From the IMG/VR virus record IMGVR_UViG_3300042888_002988, positions 136,159 through 200,158 of that record: 64,000 nucleotides of DNA. One strand, written 5' to 3'. This document shows positions 35,165-45,044 of the stretch, piece after piece (position 1 is the first letter of the stretch; each line of letters begins with the position of its first letter). The notes beneath the pieces are model-generated. The model was not told the DNA's origin and did no database searches. It saw only the letters and a list, made by a program, of their open reading frames with translations. Source of the stretch: a virus. Taxonomy: Duplodnaviria > Caudoviricetes. The position numbers were made by a program, and so were the translations under genes.

Positions 35165-35580
35165 ATCAAAGCAAACCACCCGAAGACAGATACGACGGCT
35201 GCGGACTAATTGCCCGCGCCCGTGAATCCGACAGGAACCTACCGCCCATGGAGCGCCCGGCTACTGACGAGCAGCACCGCTACATGCCCATCGAGCGGCT
35301 GGTAGCCATCGGCGTGGCGGCGGCGCGCGAGATCGACAACCGTCGCGACCAGTTCAAGAAGTCCTGCAACCGGCTATCCAAGGCCAAGCTGGGCGTCGTG
35401 GTGTTCGATGAGATGGACGCCTACGAGCTGGAAGGAATACCCTGGATGGACGTGTCGCCCGACTGGTTCCTGAAGGAGCGCTTCGGGAAGGACTACGAAC
35501 GTCTGGAGACGGAGCATGCGAACCGGCTGGCGGCAGAGAAGCCCGAGCCCACGGAAGAGGAGGCTGAAGATGGCCGCTAA
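35161..35580 (+). CDS. Hypothetical protein
   Basis: Coupled ORF. Confidence 0.55.
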   Translation: MNQSKPPEDRYDGCGLIARARESDRNLPPMERPATDEQHRYMPIERLVAIGVAAAREIDNRRDQFKKSCNRLSKAKLGVVVFDEMDAYELEGIPWMDVSPDWFLKERFGKDYERLETEHANRLAAEKPEPTEEEAEDGR

Positions 35581-36424
35581 AAAGAAGGCGCCGACTCCCA
35601 AGAAGGACCCTTTCCAGAAGGCGGCCGAGCAGCTGGTATCGAAACATCCGGATCGGTTCGAGTTTGCTTGCGGTGCCGAATGGCTTATCGCGAAGCACGC
35701 GGACCAGAACTTGGTGTTCAAGGGAAGTCCCGCGGGCGTCGACGCTTTCTTGGCCAGCTCGTCGCTGTGCTTGAAGCAGCTGGACCTGCAGGAGACCACC
35801 GACCTGGGGGATATTCTGCAATTTATTTATACCACGGTCGCAGCTCTGGATCCAGCGCCGCCGCCTGCCCATCTCGGCGGCAACGGCAAGGACTTCGAGG
35901 AATCCCTGATGACCGAAGCTGGAAGGCTGGAAAAGCAGGGCATACTCACAATGGGCCGCTACGGCACGATGGTCAGCCTGGTCGACAATGAGTGGCGCCC
36001 GATCCCGAGTTACCCGGACTTCGAGGGTGCGCGGCGCAACGGCCGGCAGTTCATAATCGAGGCCAAGGTGTGCACGCAGCCATCGTTCCGGGTCCGCAAC
36101 GACAACCTGAAGTTCAAGCAGGTGCGGCACATGATGACGCGCAGCCGGTTCAGCGTGAGTTGCTATCTCGTCGTCCACTTCAACGCCCGCCTGGGCCGGA
36201 CGTTCTACGATCCGGCGTTCACAGTCGCCATACCGGTCAAGCCGGCGGAGCTGGGCGGCTGGCCGGTATGGGACGAGTATGCGCGCTGCAAGGACAAGAA
36301 CTTCGAGTTCCCACCGATCACCCGAGAGCAAGCGTTGCAGCTCGGGGAGCTCGTGAAGTGGCACATCCCAGCCCGCTCCACCAATCCTCGCCCTGATCTT
36401 CTGGGCATCGTCGACACCCACTAA
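35570..36424 (+). CDS. RecU-like Holliday junction resolvase (PD-(D/E)XK)
   Basis: GKDFEE, PDFEG, FIIEAK, then Q..HM and YLVVHF. Confidence 0.75.
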   Translation: MAAKKKAPTPKKDPFQKAAEQLVSKHPDRFEFACGAEWLIAKHADQNLVFKGSPAGVDAFLASSSLCLKQLDLQETTDLGDILQFIYTTVAALDPAPPPAHLGGNGKDFEESLMTEAGRLEKQGILTMGRYGTMVSLVDNEWRPIPSYPDFEGARRNGRQFIIEAKVCTQPSFRVRNDNLKFKQVRHMMTRSRFSVSCYLVVHFNARLGRTFYDPAFTVAIPVKPAELGGWPVWDEYARCKDKNFEFPPITREQALQLGELVKWHIPARSTNPRPDLLGIVDTH

Positions 36425-36434
36425 CCCATACGCC

Positions 36435-36629
36435 ATGCACAACTACGCATTTTGCTTCGCGGCTGAGATACTCAGTCCGCTACCGTTCGACGAGATTCCC
36501 GTCGAGGAGATCTGCGCGGCAATTCGAGAGCGTCTCGAAAAGGCCTGCGCAGATGGCAATCGAGAGGTCTTCGAATGCTTCGATGAGTTCGACGAAGACG
36601 AGCCCGAACCCGCTGCCGGAGATGATTGA
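36435..36629 (+). CDS. Small acidic hypothetical protein
   Basis: Coupled ORF. Confidence 0.5.
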   Translation: MHNYAFCFAAEILSPLPFDEIPVEEICAAIRERLEKACADGNREVFECFDEFDEDEPEPAAGDD

Positions 36630-37230
36630 CCAGGACCTGGTAAGGGATCTCCTCAACAATTACATCTACCAGAAAGAGAAACTCCTAGAAGCCGCCGGGC
36701 ATCGTGGGAAGCTGGACGCTGGTCGACTGTCGGAATTGGTGAGGCCGAGGATCGAACGGATGGCGGACGTAATCCGTGACTGGACGGTGGACCCGGACAT
36801 CGTCATGGAGGCGGTGTTCGACTGGGCCAAATACAACAAGCATCCGGACGGACCGATGCCCAACATGCTGTTCTCGTCGAAATACATCACCAAGGCCCTC
36901 AGCCATTACCTGCAGGTGCCATACGAGGTAGTGATGGAGAAGCGCAGCAAGCAACTGTTTCTGGAGCGGCGTGACTTTGAATTCACCCGTATGAAGCAGG
37001 AGCTGGAACGGGCCGGGGTGACCGATCTGGTGACCGCCACATCCTATCCGGTGGACGTCCGCTACCTGATGGCGTTGCATAAGAACGACATGACCTCCGC
37101 ATTCTACATGGCGCCGGAAGTTCTGGCGATGATGAAGGATGACCGGCGGGTCCGAAGCTGGCTGGAACACCGCGGCGCCAAATACGAGCGCGTCGCGGCT
37201 CACTTTAACCGAATGAAAAAATCACTGTAA
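36622..37230 (+). CDS. Hypothetical protein
   Basis: Clean ORF upstream of the helicase. Confidence 0.6.
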   Translation: MIDQDLVRDLLNNYIYQKEKLLEAAGHRGKLDAGRLSELVRPRIERMADVIRDWTVDPDIVMEAVFDWAKYNKHPDGPMPNMLFSSKYITKALSHYLQVPYEVVMEKRSKQLFLERRDFEFTRMKQELERAGVTDLVTATSYPVDVRYLMALHKNDMTSAFYMAPEVLAMMKDDRRVRSWLEHRGAKYERVAAHFNRMKKSL

Positions 37231-37508
37231 TGAGCCAAAAAGATATTAGAGACCTGATGCATCCCATGCGGCTCCTGTCGCCGGCAGACACGCGCGGGGT
37301 CATTGGAAGACTTGAGTTCCCATTGCCGGAAGAGAACGACGCGTTCCTGGTTGCCGTCAGGGCGCCGATCCTCCACAGCACGCTGCGGGAGATCGACGAG
37401 GAACTGCGGCGACTCCTCAAGGACGAGAATCCCAGCGGGAAATCCGCTGAGGATCTGGCCGAATGGTTGCGGTCCAAGATCGCGGGAACACTATACCCCC
37501 ACGACTGA
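37230..37508 (+). CDS. Hypothetical protein
   Basis: TAATG coupling with the upstream gene. Confidence 0.55.
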   Translation: MSQKDIRDLMHPMRLLSPADTRGVIGRLEFPLPEENDAFLVAVRAPILHSTLREIDEELRRLLKDENPSGKSAEDLAEWLRSKIAGTLYPHD

Positions 37509-37510
37509 CT

Positions 37511-38962
37511 ATGGCTGCGCTGACCAAAGAAATGACCCAGTGGCTCTCGGACAACCGGGACACCTACGAGTTCTACCTGCTGCACTCGATGTTTCACGAC
37601 CCGCTCATGCGGGCTTCGATGCTCGGAGTCCCGGTGACGACCGACGACTTCGGGCTGGAGGAGCACTCGCTGGCCATGGGTGCGCTGGTCAACGCCACCA
37701 AGATCTCGAACCACCTTGGCAAGCAAGTGCCGTGTCCGCCGACCTACGAGTTCCTCCGGACCTACCTGGAGGTGGCTGCGCGAACGGAGAGCTCAGACGA
37801 TGAGATCGTCGGCCGAGCCGTGAAGATCATCCGCGAGCTGCAGGACCCGGCGTTCACGGAGCAGCACTACTGCGTGAAGCCCTACTTCGAAGCTTGGTAC
37901 AGTGGTAACCGCGCGAAGAAGGCGGCCAAGATGATCATGCGCTATCCGGTGCCGGACGTGCAGGGTCAGATCGGGGAGATGCAGCGGGCGCTCAACTCGG
38001 CATCCATGGCGGTATCCGACGGCGAGGACGACCCGATGGACAGCTTCCTCACCGGCCAGGAGCTGGTGCGGGTGCTCCGCCGGCCCTCAGGTATCGGCGA
38101 GTTCGACACCTGTCTGAACGGCGGCTGGGGCCGCGGGGAATGCTACCTGCTGTTCGGCGGCACCGGCTCGGGCAAGTCGATCGCCGCCGGGCAGTTCGCC
38201 TGGTGGGAAGCGTTCGCCAACGACGGCTGGCCGCTGATCGTGACCACGGAGCTGATGCCTCGCGAGTATGCTGCCCGCACGGTGTCCAACGCGGCCGGCA
38301 TTCCGATCAACATCATCCAGGACTGCGAGAACATCGAGCAGGTGCGCCAGGACGTGATGAACAACCCGGCGTCCATGTATCGGATCAAGAAGGTCGACGA
38401 GGTGCTGGCCAAGTTCTCCGAGCGGATTCGGATCCACAAGGTTTCGCCGGAGGACGGCATGAACCTGAAGGACCTGCTGGAGCGCGAGTGCATGCGCTAC
38501 GAGGCCAAGATGGGACGGCGCCCCACGTGGATCTGCCTGGATTGGCTGGGAAGCGTCGCCGACGTGAACGGTGCCGGCGGCAAGGGCGGCACTTCGGAGC
38601 GAGCCCTAGCATGGGAGATGTCGGCCAACAGCGGTGTGCGGTTCGCAGACGAGTCCGGGATCCCCACGCTGATCTTGGCGCAGGCGGTCAACGACGCGCA
38701 GCTCAAGCGCATCCTGACCATTGGTGACATCGGCATCTCGAAGGGCATCGGCAAGAACATGGTGCTGGCCGTCGGCGTCACCAACTCGATCGACAAGGCT
38801 GGCATTCTGGCCGCCGAACGAGGCAAGGCCGACATGCCCCGCAGCATGATTCTGGAGAACCAGTTCTTCTGCGTCTGCAAGGCCCGGAAGGGTGAGGGAC
38901 TCAACATACCTGTGCGCCGGGAGTTCCGGTTCCAGAGATTCACATCAGCGCAGAGAGACTAG
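37511..38962 (+). CDS. dnaB: DnaB-like replicative helicase (SF4)
   Basis: GGTGSGKS, TTEL, ICLDWL, ILAQ and KARKG. Confidence 0.85.
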   Translation: MAALTKEMTQWLSDNRDTYEFYLLHSMFHDPLMRASMLGVPVTTDDFGLEEHSLAMGALVNATKISNHLGKQVPCPPTYEFLRTYLEVAARTESSDDEIVGRAVKIIRELQDPAFTEQHYCVKPYFEAWYSGNRAKKAAKMIMRYPVPDVQGQIGEMQRALNSASMAVSDGEDDPMDSFLTGQELVRVLRRPSGIGEFDTCLNGGWGRGECYLLFGGTGSGKSIAAGQFAWWEAFANDGWPLIVTTELMPREYAARTVSNAAGIPINIIQDCENIEQVRQDVMNNPASMYRIKKVDEVLAKFSERIRIHKVSPEDGMNLKDLLERECMRYEAKMGRRPTWICLDWLGSVADVNGAGGKGGTSERALAWEMSANSGVRFADESGIPTLILAQAVNDAQLKRILTIGDIGISKGIGKNMVLAVGVTNSIDKAGILAAERGKADMPRSMILENQFFCVCKARKGEGLNIPVRREFRFQRFTSAQRD

Positions 38963-38967
38963 CAGCC

Positions 38968-39450
38968 ATGGATAAGAAGGAAGGACGTCGCAAACCAGGG
39001 CGGCCCCTGCTCGACGTCACGGACTTTCCGCACGCCGACTGGAGCCAGTCAGTGGAGCAGCTTCAGCAAGAGCTGGGCATAGGGCAGCGCGCGGCCTGGC
39101 GGCTTCGTCAGGAGGCACGCTCGCTGATCAGGCTACATCATCCGGAAAAGTTCAAGCCAGCGCGCCCTGGTCGCCGTGGGTATACGGTTGCGGATTTTCC
39201 GGGGGTGGACTGGACGTTACCGACAAGCGCGCTGGCTCAGATTACCGGGTTGAATCGGGTCATCGTCTACCGTCTACTCAGAGAAGCCGGGGTTGACCCC
39301 GGGTCCCGTAAACAGCAACGCCAACACCAATTTCGAAAAGTCGACAGTCAAACACCAACACCAATCTCGAAAAGTCGACAGTTAAACACCAACACCAATC
39401 TCGAAAACCCGGGAGTAAACCACCAAAACGGACAACGCCAATCCCGGTAA
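38968..39450 (+). CDS. Protein with two tandem HTH-like repeats; its tail runs into the repeat region
   Basis: DFPHADWSQ..ELGIGQRAAWRLR and DFPGVDWTL..ITGLNRVIVYRLLR. Confidence 0.6.
   Translation: MDKKEGRRKPGRPLLDVTDFPHADWSQSVEQLQQELGIGQRAAWRLRQEARSLIRLHHPEKFKPARPGRRGYTVADFPGVDWTLPTSALAQITGLNRVIVYRLLREAGVDPGSRKQQRQHQFRKVDSQTPTPISKSRQLNTNTNLENPGVNHQNGQRQSR
39321..39407 (+). repeat. 34-bp tandem repeat, about 2.5 copies, containing CAACACCAAT
   Basis: Units start at 39321, 39355 and 39389. Confidence 0.9.
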
Positions 39451-39685
39451 AACGTATGGTGTTTGATTGGTGTTGGTGGTTTTTTGTATTGATTTACAGT
39501 GAGTTACAAAAACACCAATCCGGAAAACCCATTTCCTATAGTAAGAAAAAAAGAATAGACGCGTGCGCGTAGTGTAGGAATTGACTTTTCCGGATTGGTG
39601 TTGCTATAAACCCATGGTAATCAACGGATTAAAAAAACCACCAACGAGCAACACCATACATTTCCGCAGATTGGTGTTGGTGTTT
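39430..39685. repeat. Large imperfect inverted repeat, AT-rich; candidate replication origin
   Basis: Perfect 17-bp inner arms 39511-27/39586-602; 14-bp arms 39472-85/39633-46; further matching outer arms. Confidence 0.75.
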
Positions 39686-39991
39686 CCTATTCGACGTAGT
39701 TCCCGGGCCAACAACCGCAAAGCGAAGGCGCCGATCCTCGGGAGAAGATCGGCGCCCCGTTGGCTGTTTTGAGGTATCCCCGGTGAAACACCGCACAATG
39801 CGACTCGTGCTCCTCGCTGGCAACTTTACTCCGCTACGGGAGCAGCGTCAACCTATAAAACCAACGGTATTTCATTAAGTTGAACAAACCGATTGACGGT
39901 CGACAGCGCCGCCGCTACTCATCTTTTGTTGACCGCGCGGTTTGGCTGCCGCGTCGGATTCACCACGAACCAACTATCACAATGCGACAAC

Positions 39992-41782
39992 ATGAACCAA
40001 ACTTCACATGAAGCCCGGGCGTCAATGCTATCGGAGCTGCTACTCTATCATGCCTTCTTAGGGAGAGGTTATATCTCCCCATTTCCAGTCACTCGCGGTA
40101 TCGTATTCTCGTCCGCGACACCGGCCGACGCGCTCAACAATGTGTTCAGCGTCGAGGCTTTGTTCCACCGCTTTCACGAGCAGGCCATAGCCGAAGACAG
40201 GCGAGCGCTTGAGCAAGCCGAGAATCAGCCCGAAGCCCTCGCGGTGGTCACCGGCATGACCAAGGCCAAGCTGAAGGAGATGAAGGAAAAACTATCCAGG
40301 CGGTCACACACTGTGTGGACGGAGGACAATACGTTGAAGTCCACGATCGTCGAACTGCTGAAAAACCATTACTATGGGGCGTTCACCTACCTTGACGCCA
40401 CCGGTTCCCGGTTGGCCGGTAGCCTGGCACACCCGTCCAAGCTATCAGCTGATCTTGGTTGGCGGTCGCTGCTGGAGGGCACTACCGACGCGACGTTCAT
40501 TCGGGCCGGCTCAACGGGCGGCGCGCTCATCCACTCGCTCGCCGGTATGAATCCGATCTTCAACTACTACTCGCATTGCATGGAGCCACAGTTGGAAAAG
40601 CTCATCGAGAAGATCAGGAACTCGTCGCAGGGCCAGGTAGGCCTGGGCACCTCGGTTGTCATCCGCGGACGCCCCGGTATTTTTAGCGGCACGTCGGTCG
40701 ATACGCTCTACTCGCTGGTCACGCGGGTGTTTGCGCTCGGTGATCAGCCGGAGGCAAAACGGGTGCGCGTCCGCTTTGCCCCGGGTCTGGAACGTGCGTG
40801 GCATGAGTTTCTCAACTGGCACCTGGGTGACCTGCTGGGTGATCCAGATCCGCCGGCATGGCAGGTGAAGCTTGCGCAGGGAGCGCCAACGTCTCCCCGC
40901 GTTTCGGTCCTGTTCGCGGCTCGGGCGGCCATGGTGAACGCGTTTCTGCAGGCAGCGGAAGCCAACCCCGCCGGACCGCTGCGCGAGATCGAGTTGGACG
41001 ACCGCGCGCTCATGACTGCGCAGGAAATGGCGAAGTTCCTCTACCGCACTTCCAGCAACCAGGAGAGCTATGAGAAGCGACTCAAGAACCTGAAAGATCC
41101 AAAGGAGGTATTCCTCACTCCGCACAAGCTGGACATCGCCCGCATCGCAATCATGGAAGCGATCGAGCGTGCACCGCTGCGGAGGCTGTCGCGCGAAAAC
41201 GTCCGACGTGAAGTGATGGGGGCCACGCTGGGGCTGCTGGACGAGCTGGTGAGGCTTGGCGAGATCAACGAGCTGTGCGGCACAGAAGAGTGTCAGATGG
41301 GTAAAACCACGCGCGCCTACACACTTCCCAAGTTTGCTCCGCCTGGCAACATGCAGGACGCGCTGGTGGAATACGAGGAGGCTGTCGCCGACTTCGCTGA
41401 ACGCCCGGAAGCTTTTCCGGACAGCGATGCATTGATTGCGGCGCAAAGGCTGCGTGAGAAAGCGGCGATCATGCGTGCGGATCATTTCCTGCCGGTCGTG
41501 CCACTGTCTCGGATGTCCAAAGGTGAGATCCGTTCGCTGCCCAAGGTGCTGGCTATGTTCCCCAGCTCGTTCCTACTCCGCGGCGATGCCACCGACATTC
41601 CCGAGCCGAAGGATTTGCTGGATGACGCAGACACTCCGCTGGACCGCGGCGGTATCAATCTATGGGTGCGCTACAAACCCGGCGGCGGTGACTTCACTGA
41701 CTGGCATCGCGCCAAGCAGATGCAGTTGGCACAATACTGGGGCGAGGATGATGAACAAGCGCCGGGCGTCGTTCCGGCTTAA
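39992..41782 (+). CDS. Large hypothetical protein, possibly replication-associated
   Basis: Clean ORF between the origin-like region and the primase. Confidence 0.6.
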   Translation: MNQTSHEARASMLSELLLYHAFLGRGYISPFPVTRGIVFSSATPADALNNVFSVEALFHRFHEQAIAEDRRALEQAENQPEALAVVTGMTKAKLKEMKEKLSRRSHTVWTEDNTLKSTIVELLKNHYYGAFTYLDATGSRLAGSLAHPSKLSADLGWRSLLEGTTDATFIRAGSTGGALIHSLAGMNPIFNYYSHCMEPQLEKLIEKIRNSSQGQVGLGTSVVIRGRPGIFSGTSVDTLYSLVTRVFALGDQPEAKRVRVRFAPGLERAWHEFLNWHLGDLLGDPDPPAWQVKLAQGAPTSPRVSVLFAARAAMVNAFLQAAEANPAGPLREIELDDRALMTAQEMAKFLYRTSSNQESYEKRLKNLKDPKEVFLTPHKLDIARIAIMEAIERAPLRRLSRENVRREVMGATLGLLDELVRLGEINELCGTEECQMGKTTRAYTLPKFAPPGNMQDALVEYEEAVADFAERPEAFPDSDALIAAQRLREKAAIMRADHFLPVVPLSRMSKGEIRSLPKVLAMFPSSFLLRGDATDIPEPKDLLDDADTPLDRGGINLWVRYKPGGGDFTDWHRAKQMQLAQYWGEDDEQAPGVVPA

Positions 41783-41793
41783 CCAAACAGCAC

Positions 41794-42057
41794 ATGCACA
41801 CTGATAGAAAATTGATTTCCCTGCACGGGGGACACTGGAACGGTATATCCATTGAGGACTCCGGAACCGTAGTCGTGAAGCTCGGAATCGCATCCGCTTA
41901 CGAAGACACACCCAACGGTCGCCGGCCGCTGGTTGGCGCCAGGGTAGGTCATGCGATCTACGAGTTCGCCAGCCGGTATGCCCGGGATGAAGCGTTTTTC
42001 CTAAGCAACCACTGGGAAGGTATTTGTGAGGGCATACAGGAGGTCGGCGATGAGTGA
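41794..42057 (+). CDS. Small hypothetical protein
   Basis: Coupled ORF. Confidence 0.5.
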   Translation: MHTDRKLISLHGGHWNGISIEDSGTVVVKLGIASAYEDTPNGRRPLVGARVGHAIYEFASRYARDEAFFLSNHWEGICEGIQEVGDE

Positions 42058-43522
42058 CGACATCCGCACCAATGACAGCGCCGCCCACGCACCGGATGAA
42101 GTCCGGCGCTGGGCCAAGCGCATCGTGGAAGCGCAGGGATGCCCTGCGATTCTGGCCAAGGAAGTGAGTGGCTACCACCTCTACATCCCGTGTCCGGAGT
42201 GCCTGGTCACCCACGGCCGCCGTGAGCTGGACGATCCCAAGTATGCGATCAACCTGAGCGTGCTGGCCGGGCTCGGCGAGTATCGCGACGAAACCGAAGG
42301 TCAGGCGTGGCGTCCCAACCTGTTCGAGGATCGGGAAGAGATGCGCAAGAAGAAGGAGTTCGGGGCCGGAGTGTGCATGCGCACCAGGTCGTCGAGAAAA
42401 CCGCACCTGGTGCCGATGGCCGATATCATGACCATGGGCACCGTCACGGAGCGTCACCCAGACATCCAGACGCGGGCTGACATGCGCGGCGGCGCTGCCT
42501 CTGATAACGTCGAGGAGATGTGGGAGGAGGATCCCGTGTCCGGCAAGCTGTGCCCGCCTCCTCCTGGAGAGGTGGTACCACTGGGTAGCCTGCCACCGAA
42601 GCACCCGGCCATCCAGTATCTGGTGAACCGCGGCTACGACATCGCGGCGCTGGAGGACCAGTTCAAGATGGCCTTCTGCGTCAAGGAATACCCCTACGGC
42701 CAGAAGAACATCTTCTACCGCAAGATGCCGGGCGGCTGGAAGGACTCGCCGCAGCATCGGATCGTGTTCTACTCGATGGTGGGCGGGATGCCATTGTCCT
42801 GGCAGGCCCGCGTGATCGAGAAGCTGTCCGAGGACGAGCTCAACAAATACATGCTGCATCCTTACGCCGGCGGGTTCTATCGCGGTAAGGACACCAGCAG
42901 CATCCTGCGCTCGTTCAAGAAGTCGTTCAAGATGGGCAGCGACGGTGACAAGGTCCAGCTGGTGTGGGACGACGGCCGCAGCGGTTACTGGCTACACGTG
43001 TGGAGCCACACCCACACCAGAGCTAACCCCAAGGCCGCGTGGTTGCCGATGGCGCCCTACGATGAGATCGGCGAGACCGGGACATTCAAGTTCCGCCCGT
43101 CGAAATATCGCACGGCGAAGTATTCCCACCGGCAGTTGATGGGCTGGGATGCGGCACAGAAACGAGCCGCCAAGGACGTCGAGGAGCTGCGCTGGTGCGT
43201 GTTGTGCGAGGGCCCGTTGGACGGCGGTCGAATCGGTGCCGGCGGACTCCCGGTGACCGGGTCGTCCATCAGCATGGAGAACGCTGCCAAGGTCGTCAGC
43301 AACTACCACCTGGTCTTCATGGCCTTCGACGATGACGTGGCCGGCCGCGAGGCTACCGCCAAGATCACGTCGATCCTGCGGTCTCCGCACCACAAGTCGT
43401 CGATCATGCTGGATCTCGTGTTCTTGCCGCTGCCGCAGGGCCGGGATCCAGGTGACCTGACGCCATTCGAATACTCCACGATCTTCAACCGAGCTTTGAA
43501 ACGCGCCAAGCGCGACCACTAA
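42050..43522 (+). CDS. dnaG: DnaG-type DNA primase
   Basis: Zn motif CPECLVTH; TOPRIM VLCEGPLD, AFDDDVAG and GRDPGD. Confidence 0.88.
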   Translation: MSDDIRTNDSAAHAPDEVRRWAKRIVEAQGCPAILAKEVSGYHLYIPCPECLVTHGRRELDDPKYAINLSVLAGLGEYRDETEGQAWRPNLFEDREEMRKKKEFGAGVCMRTRSSRKPHLVPMADIMTMGTVTERHPDIQTRADMRGGAASDNVEEMWEEDPVSGKLCPPPPGEVVPLGSLPPKHPAIQYLVNRGYDIAALEDQFKMAFCVKEYPYGQKNIFYRKMPGGWKDSPQHRIVFYSMVGGMPLSWQARVIEKLSEDELNKYMLHPYAGGFYRGKDTSSILRSFKKSFKMGSDGDKVQLVWDDGRSGYWLHVWSHTHTRANPKAAWLPMAPYDEIGETGTFKFRPSKYRTAKYSHRQLMGWDAAQKRAAKDVEELRWCVLCEGPLDGGRIGAGGLPVTGSSISMENAAKVVSNYHLVFMAFDDDVAGREATAKITSILRSPHHKSSIMLDLVFLPLPQGRDPGDLTPFEYSTIFNRALKRAKRDH

Positions 43523-43531
43523 ACTACCCAC

Positions 43532-44302
43532 ATGTACAGCCCATTCAATAAACTGCACCCAGCCCCGCACGAAAACGGGAAACGCTTACACTTCAACGTC
43601 AAGAACGCGAAGCTGATCAAAACCCGCACGGCAGCCTTCTCCCTGCCCGCGGGTTACACTTGCCCCGGAGCGAATGAATGTCTCGCCTGGGCAGACCGAA
43701 ACGAAAACCGTTTAATTGAGGGACCTAACTCTAAGCATCGCTGCTTTGCTGCGTCGCTGGAGATTGCGCGAAAGTCTGTTCGTGTCTCCGTCGATCGTAA
43801 CTTAGCAGCGCTGCAACAAGCGCGGACTGTGGAAAGGATGGCGGACTTGATCGATATGAATCTGCCTGCCGTGTTCTTCCACCACATCCGAATTCACGCT
43901 GACGGTGACTTCTACAACCAGGAGTATTTCCTCGCCTGGCTGGAAGCTGCTCGACGCAACCCCAGGCGGTTGTTCTACGCCTACACCAAGAGCCTGCCGA
44001 TCTGGATCAAGTTCAGGGCGGCACTCCCCGAGAACTTCGTACTCACGGCTTCTTGGGGTGGCAAATGGGACCATCTCATCGAGCCCAACGGACTGCGCAG
44101 CGCACGTGTCGTCTATCACCCGGAGGAGGCTGAGCGCCTCGGACTGGAGATTGACCACGATGACAGTTGTGCTCGATCGAAAGACGGCAAAGACTTCGCC
44201 CTGCTCCTGCACGGCGTACAAGCAAAGGGATCGGAAGCATCGGAAGCTCTCAAGCGGATGAAACGCGAGAAGATCAAATTCTCTTACAGCCAAGAGGCAT
44301 AA
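43532..44302 (+). CDS. Gp88-like protein
   Basis: FSLPAGYTCPGA, CFAA, IRIHADGDFY and FYAYTKSLP. Confidence 0.75.
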   Translation: MYSPFNKLHPAPHENGKRLHFNVKNAKLIKTRTAAFSLPAGYTCPGANECLAWADRNENRLIEGPNSKHRCFAASLEIARKSVRVSVDRNLAALQQARTVERMADLIDMNLPAVFFHHIRIHADGDFYNQEYFLAWLEAARRNPRRLFYAYTKSLPIWIKFRAALPENFVLTASWGGKWDHLIEPNGLRSARVVYHPEEAERLGLEIDHDDSCARSKDGKDFALLLHGVQAKGSEASEALKRMKREKIKFSYSQEA

Positions 44303-44327
44303 CCAAACACACGCAAACCAAACTGAT

Positions 44328-45044
44328 ATGAATACCACCTGCATTCCCACTGACCACAAAGACATGATCAACCGCCTGTTCAAGGGCGGAGACAAGCTGC
44401 TGCCGCAAATCATCGATCACGATGTGACGCTGCTGCACGCTGCCATCGGCATCGCCGGCGAAGCCGCCGAGTTGGAGAAAGCCGTCCTGCCCATGAGGTT
44501 GGATATGGCCTACAAGATGGCGCCGATGAAGCGCATCAACGACGGCGTCAAGCACTCCCAGTGGGATGGTTACGACGGGTTTTCCGGCGTGCCGGTCGAG
44601 AACATCACTGAAGAGCTCGGTGATCATTTGTTCTATGAGGGAGCGCTGCGTATCGCCACCGAGCTGGAGGAACTGCCGGACGAGTTTCGTCAGCCGAAGC
44701 TATGGACAGCCTCCAGCCCGTTATCGCGCGCCAACCAAGGGCAGCCGCGCAAGCTGGTGCTGTGCGAGCTGATCAGTCTGCACTCGGTAATCGCCGGGGA
44801 CATTCTGGACGTCGTCAAGAAGCGTGTCATGTATCGCAAAGAGCTGGACCGTGATAAGCTGACTCACTTGCTGGTGGATGACTGCTGGGTTGTGCAGGGC
44901 ATCGCCGACATCCTCGGCATCAGCGAGAACGACATTCGCACCCACAACTTGAATAAGCTCGAGCGCGGCGCCAACGCCCGCTACAAGGACGGCTACTCGG
45001 ACCAGGCCGCCCAGGATCGCGCTGACAAGAAAGGAGAGGAATGA
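44328..45044 (+). CDS. MazG-like NTP pyrophosphohydrolase with internal duplication
   Basis: GIAGEAAELE and EELGDHLFY; C-terminal NLNKLE..RYKDGYS. Confidence 0.8.
   Translation: MNTTCIPTDHKDMINRLFKGGDKLLPQIIDHDVTLLHAAIGIAGEAAELEKAVLPMRLDMAYKMAPMKRINDGVKHSQWDGYDGFSGVPVENITEELGDHLFYEGALRIATELEELPDEFRQPKLWTASSPLSRANQGQPRKLVLCELISLHSVIAGDILDVVKKRVMYRKELDRDKLTHLLVDDCWVVQGIADILGISENDIRTHNLNKLERGANARYKDGYSDQAAQDRADKKGEE

Noticed and set aside
39321-39407. Possible CRISPR array (34-bp repeats)
   Set aside because: The repeats are directly adjacent with no unique spacers. No CRISPR array was found anywhere in the window.
44328-45044. Z-genome (2-aminoadenine) pathway
   Set aside because: A MazG-like gene is present but no PurZ or DatZ homolog is in the window.
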